Shown here: one piece after another, positions 29,641 through 42,236 of the stretch | How the letters are laid out: the number at the start of each line of letters is the position of its first letter | How positions within the stretch are numbered: the stretch's first letter is position 1 | Source of the DNA: the human T2T-CHM13v2.0 reference genome, Homo sapiens | DNA: 64,000 bases | Assembly (NCBI RefSeq): GCF_009914755.1 | Contig: NC_060925.1 | Reading direction: 5' to 3' (one strand) | Notes under the pieces: generated by a model | The model's database searches: none | What the model was told of the DNA's origin: nothing | What the model saw: only the letters and a program-made list of their open reading frames with translations | Program-made: the position numbers and the translations under genes

Positions 29641-31624
29641 TAACCATAATGTCAAACCATAGTTAATTTCCTCGCATTTGCCGCACTGTTGGAAAATAAC
29701 TGAGAGGCATTTTTAGTCATACATGGACACAGTGGTTTCTGAGGAGACCAGCAGAACAGAGCTGAGAGTCCCATCTTTTCTTTATCCCTGCCATCATGTT
29801 CATCTGAGACTCACTTGTGTCATTTCTGCTTTCATCCTAGGCCTGAAGAGGTCTCCATGTTTCCTCTCACAATGGCTCCTACTCTCCTTCCACTCTTCCC
29901 TTCTCTGCCGCTGGTTAGTTCTTCACAATTCTGGTGGCCCTCTGCTATACCCAATGATCCTGACTACCTCTAACCCACCTTTGTAGCCAGGTTATATTCC
30001 TTCCTTCTCATGGCCCTAATGCCAATGGATTCTGTCATGCCCACACAGCTTTAACCCTTCTCTTTTCCTTAAAGGCAGTCACTTAAAGGCACTCATCGTC
30101 ATACATCCAAGTATGTCCATCTTCCCCCAAATTTGTCACACTTGCTGCGTTAAGCACCTCTCTTCCTCCACTTACCCACTCAGATTCCTCCTGCACATTT
30201 CCAGGACAGATCAAACAAGGATGGGTCAACCAATAAATATCTGAGGCCTATTGTGTGCCAAGCTCTCCACTCAGCACTGGGGTGACAGCAAAGGACAAGA
30301 CAGATACAGACATGCTCTCTTGAAGCATGTGATCCAGTGCAGATGGAATTAAAATTGGTTCAGCTGCCCATAAACTTTCCAGATCAAACTGTGAATCTTT
30401 TATTTACCTCTGTATCCTGAGAACTTCACACAGCGCCTGCCATATAATAGATCTTTAATAAATATCTGATAAATGATATTTATTTATCCAAGTCAGTGCA
30501 GTTGTCTCAACATAAGTTTAAGACCATATAGTATGGGGTCACCCTAAACCCTACAAATGAAAAGATATTTAAGAGAGAATGTTTTCTTTATAACAGCCTC
30601 TGGGGAAACTGTGTCGGGGAGGTATGAAGGAATGCTCCTAGAGCCAGAGTTACCATTACCAGCTAAAAGCAGCTCTAGGTGTGCTCGACTTCTGTCTTCT
30701 TTGCTATTATGGATTGTCTGCTCCCTCCTCCTGCTGCTGGCCTCCTCCCTATCAAGTGTAACGAGAATCAACCTCAGTCACCTCCGTTCCCCCTGCTACT
30801 TCCAGCAAGTGGTTTCCTCCTGCTACCAACGTGTCTCACTTCCTATCTGAGCAGAACTGCCCCAACTGCTGGGCTGCTGCTGTTCTGCAGCAGCGAGAAC
30901 TTTAGCCCTGTTCCTAGCTAGGAGTTTCAGCAAGACTCTGGCTTGAGGACCAGGTCAAAAAGGTGGAAACTAGGACACAGAAGGACTCCATGAAGGTTGG
31001 CTGCAGGAATAATGAATGCTGATTCCAGTCCCAAGCCAACACAGACACATGTCCCACAAACGCCAAGCCCAGGGCCTTATTCTGACAGAGTGGATGAGTG
31101 CCAGGTTCAGACAGACATGCCAGGCTGGGTTGCAGGCTCTCTCTGTGGCGGCATCTCCAGGACCTTGGCACTAAAGGTGCCAGTAAGATCAGAAACAATA
31201 GAGATATCAGGGGAAAGATCCTACAGGACAGGCGGAACCAATGAGCCTCCTTTCTCCTCACTCAACACTGGGCTTGGGTCAGTCCAGTATATCCTTGACC
31301 CAACACTTGGGTCAGTCCAGTATATCCTCTGTACTGCCCAGGGAAATCAGAATGAGAGGGACAGTAGCTTGTCAAACCCAGTCCTGCTGAGGAACTCAGG
31401 CCTCCAGGCTCCAGGGAAAAGGCTGAAAATGAAAGAGCTTTCCTAGATACAGAGTGACTATTTTTGAGCTGACTCTAATAATCTACTATTTCAACTACCA
31501 GATCATCCTCTCATGGGATCACAAAGACAGGCCCAATGCAGAATCTTTAAGAACCCTAGAAATCTGAAATAGCCATCATAAGCATCCTCAGTAAAAGGCC
31601 AAGCACTTTTCTGGTAGTCTACAG

Positions 31625-31842
31625 CAGGGGTTGACAAGTTTTTATCTTTTATCCTAAAGGGCAAGATAGTAAATATTTTAGGCTTATGGGGCATACAGGC
31701 TCCCTTGCAGTTACTCAACTATGCCCTTGTAGCATGAAACCAGCCTCAGACAATACACAAACAACGGGCGTGTCTCTGTTCCAGTGAAACTTTATTTACA
31801 AAAACAGGAATCCGGCCCACGGGCCACAGTTTGCAATCCCTG
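31625..31842. mobile_element. MER58A (hAT-Charlie)
   Basis: CAGGGGTTGACAAG...GATAGTAAATATTTTAGGCTT...AAACTTTATTTACAAAAACAG...TTTGCAATCCCTG. Confidence 0.85.
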
Positions 31843-32316
31843 GTCATTGGGAAAACCTGCTCTTCCAGTATTTCCATGCTCCAAAGAGGAACAGAGGCTC
31901 CCATCCACCCGGAGGGCTCCTATCCACACTGAAGACAGGGACCCACTCTGGGGACTAGGCCTCCATCCCTACTAGTCCCTCCCACAAGGTACTAATAAAT
32001 CTAGGCTACTTGTTCAAAAAGCCTGGTCTGCATCAGAAACCTGGGCAAAGGTGGAAAAAGCTTTCCAGACATCAAATCAGAGGACTTCAGAACTGGAAGA
32101 AGCTAGATCCCTAAGACTAGACACTTAGGCCTGGAAAAGGAAGTGGTGTGTCCAAGATCACGTAGCTAGCAAAAGTCTCCTGACTCTGTCCAGTGCTCTT
32201 ACTCCTCCAGGGTGATAAACAGCTTGCTAGAAGAGGCCAAAGACTTGTGGCACATTTCTACAGCACGTCCCCGAGCTATAAGCAAATGGCACAAGACCTT
32301 GGGGGAAATAAGTGCA

Positions 32317-32319
<3 letters not shown>

Positions 32320-32363
<44 letters not shown>
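32320..32363. repeat. (TG)n microsatellite, ~21 units
   Basis: Read directly. Confidence 0.97.
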
Positions 32364-32366
<3 letters not shown>

Positions 32367-33098
32367 TCCAGGTATACCTGGACATAGTTACTAGGGAGAG
32401 GAAAACTTAAACAAAAATCCTAACTTTAAAAAGGGATATGGTTTGGTAGAAGATGTGGGTTTTTGTTAGCAGAAATGTCCAGGGTCTGGGCAAGCCCTGG
32501 GATAATAAACCAGTACAAGGCATACAGCCTCACTCAATTCCAGGTAATGCCCCAGGCCCTAGGATCTACCTCTACCCACCTTCAAGCTTCATAATCCAAT
32601 ATCCTTCAAATCTTTTCCCAGAACTGACTTCCATTGCATATTTTACTTGCCTGACCATAAACATTTTTATTTGGATACCCTGCCATCATCTTGAAGGCAA
32701 CATGTCTAAAAGAAAATCAAACATGACTCCCCAAAACAAGTTTGAACTCTAATGTTTCTATTTCTATAAATCACTAAGGTTCAAAATTTCAGCACTTTCT
32801 CTTCCCCACGTCCTGTCCTCAAGCCAGAGTAGCACTCCAAATTATCTCTTCTTCTTCATTTCCACAGGCTCCACCCTAACCTATCACCTCCGATCTGGTA
32901 TGTTGCTAGTCTCCTGCTGGGGACCCCAGATTCCAGGCTTGCAACAATGCCAGATCTTCCCCCATATACTCATCCTCCTTCCATTCACCACAGTCTCTTC
33001 AAGGTCAAGGTCCAGTGCTACTCACCTTCGGCTTCCCAGTTCCCAGAACCTCACCTAATATGGGGGGCACACAATAAATGCTGAATGAATGAATCACG

Positions 33099-33184
33099 GT
33101 TTTCATCACAAGATGAAAGAAAAAACTTAAACAAAAATCTTAACTTCAAAAAGGGATACGGTTTGGTAGTTTTCATCACAAGAT
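33099..33184 (+). repeat. 48-bp copy of 32402-32449 flanked by a 16-bp direct repeat
   Basis: GTTTTCATCACAAGAT at 33099-33114 and 33169-33184. Confidence 0.9.
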
Positions 33185-35029
33185 ATCTGCACAAGAAACC
33201 TCAGGCCCTTCCTAGTTCCTACTCCCTCGAACCCAGACTGCTGAACTCTGAAGGCCCACCATCATCTCACCCTGCCCACCTCAGCTCCTACCAGCCCAGA
33301 AACAGGCTTTTGGCTCCATCTAGCTCATCAATGCTGGACCCTCCTCATGTGCCAGGCATTCCTGCATCCACATCTCTGCCCACGCTCTGCTCACCCTGCC
33401 CTGTGATGACGTCCATGCCCTTCCCCCTGCATCTACTCCAACTCCTACGCAACTGCCAACTGCCGAGCTGTGGGGGGAGACAGGGGATGCAGGAAGAGGG
33501 GAGATGATAAAGAAGACTGGGGAAAGGGGAGCATGATGAAAACATGCTGGGGTCTCTCTCCGATCCTTGGAAGCATAACCCTCTCAATGGGTCACAGGCG
33601 ATTTAGAGAAGGAAGAGCCGGGAGGAGGAGCCAAATTTTTCCACTGAACGAAAGGCATGATTTTCATCACTGCTTCTGTTGCCCCGGTAACCAGGGACAG
33701 CCCAGTGGAGAGTACAGTAAAAGAACACCATGTTTATCTTTGCTGTCTGATCTACTTCCCTGTACACCCTTCCCTGACCATCCCCTAGCCCCAGGCCTGC
33801 TCCAAATCTCTTATAATGCCACCACCATCCTTCTAGTTACCCTTGCTCCTCAAAGGCAGAGCTAATTTCTCCCTCTCTTTATCCAACCCTAAGTACCATG
33901 TGTTCTTCCACTGCAACATTTTGGGGTTCATCTCGCCATGCCACCTGCCATGCCAGGGGTCCCCCAAAACAAAGAGCTGGTATCAAAGCACAAGGATGGC
34001 ATCTGCTCTACCAGACAGGGCAAGTGGGACTAGTGGGGCAGGAAGGTGAGGAAAACTGCCCAGCCAACCGTGTTCTCATCCCACACAGCTGGTGTGGAGA
34101 GGGACCTGGCTCTCCCAGCCCCCCTCCTATGGCTGAGATCAGGAGAAGGAGCCAGGTTGGGGATCGGGGGAGTAGGTTCACCCACAGGCTTCCACAGATC
34201 CTGCCTCCCACACGGACACCGTGTCTGCGTGACCTGAGAGCGGAGACACAGTGCTCGCCCTGGAAGATTATATAAGCGTTATATAACATGGTGGCACCAA
34301 TAAGCACACAGGAGCAGTTGTCGAGTGCCAGGGACAGGCCAGGGGTGGAACCAAACCCAAGGGGCTGGAGGTTCAGCCCTCCTGCCACCAATGCCAAAGC
34401 AGCACCAGGCCCTGGCTGCCTCGGCCCTGTCTATACCTGCTCCTTCCAGCCCAGAGGACACAGAGAGAAACTTGCCAGGCTCTGCGCTCTTCTTCCCACT
34501 CTGGGCAGCAGGGAGGGGCCGCAAAACCGTCACCACCCTGGGCCATGGCAGCCTCTGCCCATCCGGCCTAAGGCAGCCTAGCTGCCTTTCCTGCAGGGGA
34601 GCAGCCATGGGGTCCTCGGCAGGGGAGGGGTGTGGACCAGTAGCCCCCTCCTCTCTGTCCTCCTACCAGAATGTAGGAGCACTTGTTTGGGGAACAAGTG
34701 CTGCAACAGCAGCTCCAGGATTGGCTGGGCCAGCCGTTCCTCTGCTCTGTCACTTGCTGTTTCTCTAAAAAACAAAACAAACCGAAAGGGAAAGAAAAAA
34801 AAATTAAGCACATTTGACAAATGCCAGATCCCAAATTTTGGTCTACGGTTGCAAAGCTGGAAGGAAGGGGTCCTAAGGAAATTACCCTATTTCCCTACAG
34901 CCCCCATCTCCCACCATTCCTGGCCAATTCACCATCTATGAACTTGGGCTGTGAGCCTGAAGATTGCTCCGCAGCCCCTATCTCTGGAGCTGCCTCAGTG
35001 GCTGTAGCTCCTTCGGGTAATATTCCCCC

Positions 35030-36130
35030 TCCCTCTACAGAATGCTCAGAGTCTGCGGCTCCCGGATATACACGCGGGACTAGGCGGCCGGCCTGGGGCA
35101 GTTCTGGGCAGTTTGGGCCAGGTCTTAATCAAACTCCTCCACCGTCATCACCACACCCACTTTATTAATTTGGCAGGGGTGGGGGCAGCTGAACAGAGAC
35201 AGAGCCAAGTGATCTCCCGCAGCACCTGCCCTCTCCTGAGCTATGCCTCTGGCCTTCCCGCCTCCTCCTCCACACGGACCTCCGCGCCCCCTGAAGAAGG
35301 GGGGAAAAAGAAATACGCATTAATACCTCGAGCCTTGGCGCACCAGCCCTCGCCCCCTCAACCACCTGTCTCTGCGTTCTCCCCCGCAGCCTTCCTCAAC
35401 TCTGGGCGCCCCCTCTGCAGCAAAGGGGCACCACGCCCACTGCGGAGAGGAGAAATGCAAGGTGGGGAGCGGACAGGGGCTCACTTGAGGGCCCGGGGGC
35501 TGCTCACTCACCCCTGCGCGCAGCTGGCCCTGGCCCCAGAGCCTGGGGCCCGCCCGGAGCTGCTCCAGGCCGCGACCGCTCCCACCCCCGCGGCGAGGCC
35601 AGCAGCGCCCCAAGGCCGCGCTGCAGCCGGGGTGGGGCGCGACCGGAGCGCGGCCGGGGCCCTGGGCATCGTCCCCAGGGAGCCCACCCTACCCCGGGAC
35701 GCTCGGGGACCGCCCTGCAGGCCCGGCCCAAGGTGCCCACTCCCACCTGGCCGAGTCCCGGCTCTTACCTCGGCGGCCTTCCGCCCTCCGGGGGTACTGC
35801 GCAAACAGGCTCTCCCCCGGCCCCCGCCCGCCAAGCGCCCCGCTGCAGGCCCGAGATGCGCAGCCGCTGCGGACGCCGGCTCCGCGGCGGCCGCTTCCCG
35901 GGCGTGTGAGCTCAGCCTGCCCGCGCGCCCGCGCTTCCCACGCTCGGCGTCCCGCGCGGCGCCACCCAGCGGCCGCGTCGGGCGCTGCACGCTCGTGTCC
36001 GGGAAAATCTGCAGCAGCCGGGCCTGCCAACTGATTCGGAAATTCCCAGAATTTGACCATGGGCTTGCGGCGGGGCGGGAGACCTGTCAGGCCGTGTGGC
36101 CGTCGCTAGACTCGGGGCAGAGCAGCTCCC
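35030..36130. promoter_or_regulatory. CpG island promoter (MIR29B2CHG distal TSS)
   Basis: Very high GC and CpG density, GC boxes (CCCCGCCC), two NotI sites (35887, 35969), minus-strand splice donors at 35768 and 35511. Confidence 0.88.
36038..36051. promoter_or_regulatory. Overlapping NF-kB (GGAAATTCCC) and STAT/GAS (TTCCCAGAA) motifs
   Basis: Exact consensus matches just upstream of the minus-strand TSS; occupancy unknown. Confidence 0.5.
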
Positions 36131-37544
36131 ACCCACCCTGTCTCTGAAGGGGACTCCAGAGTCTTTGCAAGATATTCTGATTTCCCCCCTGTTCCTCTGA
36201 CCTTGCCTCGCCATATTTCTTCCAGGGCAGTGGAGACTGTGGGGATGCTGGTGACTCCTTGTAAAATGGGGGTGGAGAATCGAGGGGTGGGAAATGGGTG
36301 GGAAGCGCTCGAGGCTGGCATCTCAAGGCCTCCATGGGCCCGTCTAGAGATCCGAGGTGTGCACTGAGTCACTTCCCGAGCTTGTTAGAACACACATGCA
36401 CAGATGCCCCAGCCTACCTGTAAATTCTAATTCGGAAATTTCAACTGCTGTTTTTAACCTTTTCTTGTACCTACACCCTTCTGAGAATTGCAGAAGAGCT
36501 ATGGACCCTGTCTTCAAAAAAAGCACATGCATACAGAAATATAATTTTGCACAATATTTCAGGGAATTCTGAAACTCCTCAAAGCTCCGTGGATCCCAGC
36601 TTAATATCTCACTTTGTGCAGATACCCTAAGCAGAAAGAGCGAGCTGGTGATTACCTGAATACGCTGCCATCTTATCTCATGCTTTTTCCTCCTTCAGGG
36701 ATATCTCCACTGGACGCCCAACCTCACATTTCCGCCTGTAGAAATTCCACCTGTCCTTTAAGGCCAACTCGAAAACCTCTTCCTCTCTGATTTTCCCAAT
36801 CAACAATGTCATTTATGACCTCAGTTTTCTGAGAGTATGTCTTTTATGGCTGTTAACATGTTATAAACACACCTGTATTTATTTCTGTGGTTGGTTTTCT
36901 TATCTCCTTCTAGATAGCAAAACTGTTTTAAGATCAGTTTCTCCCTCTGCAACTACTAAGGGCCTTACATGGTATGCCTTCGACAAACAGTTCTTAAGTA
37001 ATCAGAGAGATTGGATTGAGAGAATAGGAGGCCCAGCAAATGCCTTTGCTCTACCTGCACCTTTCCTCCCTTCCTGATGCTCCACCACATGGACCTCTAG
37101 GCGTCTGGAAAACAGAATCCTCAAGTTGATAGGCTTATCTCATTCATTCCTGCTCCTCCAGGCAAGGCAGCCATAATTTAGGGGTTCCTGGATGAAGTTG
37201 CAAGACAAGTTCATGCAGGACACACATACCAAATAGCAGATATTCTACCACCAGTGTCTCCTAGTCCAGTGAGGGATGTCCCCACCCGCCTGGTGCACAA
37301 GCAATGTGGATGTCATCCTTGACTTTTCCATCTCACTTCCCTCCTTTCTTGCACATATGCCAATCAATCACCACATCCTGATTCTACTTCCTAAATCTTA
37401 AATCTCTAAGATTGGCCCTCTCTTTATTCCTAGCTCATTCCACCATTATTTCTTGCTGGGATTTCTGCATTTGTCTCTAGCCTAACTCGCCTACCTGCCT
37501 CCAGCCTCACTAGGCCCAGATCCAGTCTCCACATCTGCTGTGTA

Positions 37545-37789
37545 CTGAATGTCTGTATCTCCCTAAAGCTTGTTTGTGTGCTCTTTCTCTCTCTCTCCCT
37601 CTCTGCTTCCCAACACGGGAGGATACAGTGAGAAGATGGCCAACTGCAAACCAGGAAGCAGACCTTCTCCAGACACAGATCTGCTGATGCCTTGATCTTA
37701 GACTACCTTGCCTCCAGAATGGTGAGAAATAAATGTTGTTTAAGCCACTCAGTCTGTGGTATTCTGTTGTAGCAGCTTGGACTAAGACA
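37545..37789 (+). mobile_element. MLT1A-type MaLR LTR (3' part)
   Basis: GAGAAGATGGCC...GCCTTGATCTTAGACT...GAGAAATAAATGTTGTTTAAGCCACTCAGTCTGTGG...GACTAAGACA. Confidence 0.85.
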
Positions 37790-38031
37790 ATATCCCATTT
37801 AGAAGGATCTTGCAAATATATCAATCCCTTCCCTACGTAAAACTCTTATGCAGTTTCATTCTGGACTAAGGATGAGGTTCAAACTCCTTTGCCTGGCTCA
37901 CAAGGCCTCCTAGATCTGGGCCCAACTGACTCTCCAGCCTCCTGTCTTGGCACAGCCTCCACTCTTACCTATATGCTTCACTTGTACTAAACACCATGTT
38001 TCTCTCCATCTTGATAAAAGTCCTCCCCCAA

Positions 38032-38320
38032 TTTTTTTTTTGAGACGGCCTCACTCTGTCACTGTCACTGGGGTGCAGTGGTGTGATCTCAGCTCACTGC
38101 AGCCTTGATCTTCCCGGCTCAAGTGATTCTTCAAACTCAGCCCCTTGAGTAGCTGGGACTACAGGCATGCGCTACCATGCCCAGCAAATATTTTTGTATC
38201 TTGTAGAGACAGGGTTTTGCCATGTTGCCCAGGCTAGTCTCCAATTCCTGAGCTCAAGCGATTTGCCTGCCTCAGACTCCCATAGTGCTGAGATTACAGG
38301 CATGAGTTGCCGCACCTGGC
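38032..38320 (-). mobile_element. AluJ-type
   Basis: Diverged Alu reverse complement. Confidence 0.92.
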
Positions 38321-38806
38321 TGTCCCCGACTTTTTGAGACTTTGTTTCACCTATTCCTCAGGTTTCCTAACTGTCTCCTCCTGCACCACCTGGCCCTTCC
38401 TCTGCTATAATATGAAAATCACAATATTGTTATTGTTCTTATATGACGTCTGCTTTCCCTGCCACACTAATACCTCTGCGATAGTATCCTCAATGCCTAG
38501 CACAATACCTAGTGCCAAATGGGAACACATAAATATTTATTAAATGAATGAAAGCTTTGAACATGGCACATAGCCCAGATGAGAGACTCTGGGGGTAAAT
38601 GCAGTGGTGCTTCATAATCTAAAAGTCAGATAGGGTGGGACAGGCCTACTGCTTTTTAATAATAGCACTATTCACTGTTTTCAAGTGAATTTCAATCTTT
38701 CTGAGTTTTTTATTTCCTTATCTAAAAAATGAAAATAATAATAATTAGGGTTGCTCTGAAGGTGGCCAGAGATATATGTGTAACAAAGTATTTTGTAATT
38801 TTAAAA

Positions 38807-38807
38807 T

Positions 38808-38846
<39 letters not shown>
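38807..38846. repeat. (CT)n(AT)n microsatellite
   Basis: Read directly. Confidence 0.92.
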
Positions 38847-41065
38847 GTTAGAAGTATTGTATTACTTCACTTGATCCTCACAATAACATTTTGAATAGAC
38901 AGCTGACATTTCCTACTTTGCATATAAGGAAACTGAAGGTAGACATGGTAAAGCAATTTGCCTAAGGTCACCCAGATGGTTGCCAAGGAACAGAGGCCTG
39001 ACATGGGATTTCAAGCTCAGACTCTCTCCGCCACATCACCACTGCTCCTCTCTCCATCCCCAAAGTAGGTATCGATGTTGGGACACGTACATGTTGACAT
39101 CCTGAGGATCATGCAGCTCATAAATGTCACCACTGACCGCTTCTGAAGGGTTTTTATGTGTGTGTGGATGTGTTTGTTGAGGCACAGGGGGCAGAGGTGA
39201 GTTGTTGGTAGAAAATGGACTATATATCAACAGTTACCAAGATAGGAAAGAATGGGGTGGGGAGGAATTGGCCTTGGCCTTGGGTCTGACCCTATGCTCT
39301 CTATCTCTGCCCCTTCTCTTACTCTAATGGGGCTACCTCAATTGACAGCCCCCTTTACTGTGTAGTTGGACCCCCGCAGGCTCTGAGCTTCTCAGAAGCT
39401 GGAGATCTTCCATTTCCTCCATATTTTCAATTCTGTCCATCAGCAAATGTTTATTGAGCTCTTACCAAGTGCTTTGTCACAGCCCATGGAAGCCTGGCCA
39501 AATTGCTTAACCTCTCTGAGCCACAGTTTCCCCATTCTGCAAAATGGGATTGATAGCCCATCACATGGCTGTTGGGAGGATTAAGCAAGATAACCTATCA
39601 ACTGTTGGTGAGCTGTTGCTAGTGGAGACACCTGCCCCCAAACCCCACCCTGTGTCTGCTATTTTTCATATGAATGCAAGGGGATGTCTGCTTAGTAACT
39701 AGGGGACAGAGCAGATCGGAGGAGCTGGGAAAGTGAGAAAAGGAGTATGAAGGCTGCAGTACTCCTCAATGTGCATTTGTCAGGGATATGTAGATGGCTG
39801 TGGGGCTCAGAGCTTGTTGGAACTCTTGAAGAATGACTTGTGAGTTTCTGGACCCAGGCAGAGCCCTTTGAGCTTGCAAAACAAGGTCAGGCACGGTGAT
39901 GAGAGGCTTTCCCAAGCTCTTGGTGGGCGGGGAGCACGAACCACTGAGAGCCACAACAGGAGAGGCAGAGCAGAGCAGCCATCTTTTGGTGACCACAGCT
40001 GTGAGGGCTCATCTGAGGTCCCTTTTTGGGAACTCCCAGAAATAACTCAAGGGCATCTGAGAATGTAGATGAAATCATCAGACAAGATATTACAAACATA
40101 AAGAACGGAGGTGGTGCCAGGCACATAGTAGGAGCAGAGTGCCTCTGCCCCTCGGTCTTCTGATTATGCTGCCTTGGCACTAAGCATGTTTGTTTCTCAC
40201 TGTGTCCTGTGCTGTAGGGAACACCCAGTGGAACTGCCCTTCACAGATCCCTGAGTGTGGTTACAGTGGTTTTTCTCTTTAAAGATTAAATCTTTTTTTC
40301 CCCTTTCTGCTCAACAAAGACAACAGCCTTTTGGTTTTTGATAAACGTTCTTTTCCTACTAGCAGGTGGATATGCCCGGGGCACTAAGAACTGTGCTTTT
40401 AAAACACACACAAGCCCAGCTGTTTGAATCTGCCACTTCTGTATGTCTTACTTCTCTTATCTCCTGCCCCCGGGGCTGAGTTTTCTCTGCCTTGGCAGGC
40501 TGATAACATGTGGAAGGAAGAGAACAGTTCTAATTAATAGACTAATTAGTGGTACAAGTCTTTAATAGCTGATTATAGGGAAGTCATTCCCCACCCCCCA
40601 AGTGATTGATTTATTTATTGCTGTTGTGCTGCATTATTGCAAAATAGTCAGCTTCTAATTATCTATTGGCTGGTTCAATCAGGCCTTTTCCTTCTCTTCC
40701 ATCTTGTTCTTTCCCTTGCTAAGGGAAGGCACAGGCAGAATGGGAGAACTCAAGCCAGCTGATGACCAATTCTGGACAGATATAAGTGTTGGGATCCTAC
40801 TGCCACTCCATCTTGAGTGCTTAGAGCTGGAAAGGGAATATGAGGTTCAAGGGAAAAGAAGGCAAGAAAATCCCACTCATTCTTCTAGGATAACGTCCCC
40901 ATGGTGGCCATTCCCTCATCATCCCTCTGACTCTGCACGCCATAACTCACACACATTGTCAGTTGCATTAAAAAACAGTATAGTTAGGAAACAAGCATGA
41001 GAAGACACAAAAAGAAAAAAATTAAATACAAAATAGTGTAGCGTGGAGCTTAAAAGCATGCACTA

Positions 41066-41469
<404 letters not shown>

Positions 41470-41929
41470 CTAACCTCATTTGTAAAGTAGGAATATAATT
41501 GTTCCTCCCTAGGACTGTTGAGGATTAAATTTAAAAAGCTATGTAAAGCACTTAGCACAGTACCTAGTATATACTAAGCCCTCAAAAACATTAGCTATGA
41601 CAATTACTACTGCCTGAAATTATTTAACTTACCTGACACATCAAAGGACTTTGGTAAATGTTTGTAGAATAAATGAGTGACTATATCGAAATTTTTAAGT
41701 AGATTGTGAGCCCTTGAAGTAAAAGGGGTGAAGAAAAGAGGACATTGAACATTAAGTCATAATAATAAGGGCTATTTTAAGATGAAAGCTTATCAAGAAC
41801 TGGGCTCTGAGCTACTTGCTTTATGTACATTCTCTCATTTAATCCTTATGTAACTTAATTTTTACCCGCGTTCTTGAATCATGTTTTATTAACAACCCAA
41901 GTCTGGAAAGTCCATGTTTTCCCAAGATA

Positions 41930-42236
41930 TATTTTTATTTTATTTTATTTTTTTTACTTTGAGACAGAGTCTTGCTCTGTTGCCCAGTCATAGCTCACTG
42001 CAGACTCGAACTCCTGGGCCCAAGCGATCCTCCAGCCTCAGCCACCTGAGTATCTGGGGTGAGAGGTGCAAGCCACCATGCCTAGCTAAATTTGTTGTTG
42101 TTGTTGTTGTATTTTTTGTAGAGACGAAGTCTTGCTTTATTGCTCAGGCTGATCTCGAACTCCCAGCTTCAAGTGATCCTCCTGCCTTGACCTCTCAAAG
42201 TGCTAGGATTACAAGTGTGAGCCACCACACCCAGCC
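41930..42236 (-). mobile_element. AluJ-type
   Basis: Diverged Alu reverse complement. Confidence 0.9.

Noticed and set aside
34279-34608. 109-aa - strand ORF MAAPLQERQL... near the lncRNA 5' end
   Set aside because: Real ATG but only partial Kozak (C at -3), no recognisable homology, and probably intronic. Needs Ribo-seq/PhyloCSF support.
35113-36147. 344-aa + strand ORF (and overlapping - strand ORFs) in the CpG island
   Set aside because: Starts at TTG, is Ala/Pro/Arg/Gly-rich with no recognisable domain. Long ORFs in several frames are expected from stop-codon scarcity at very high GC.
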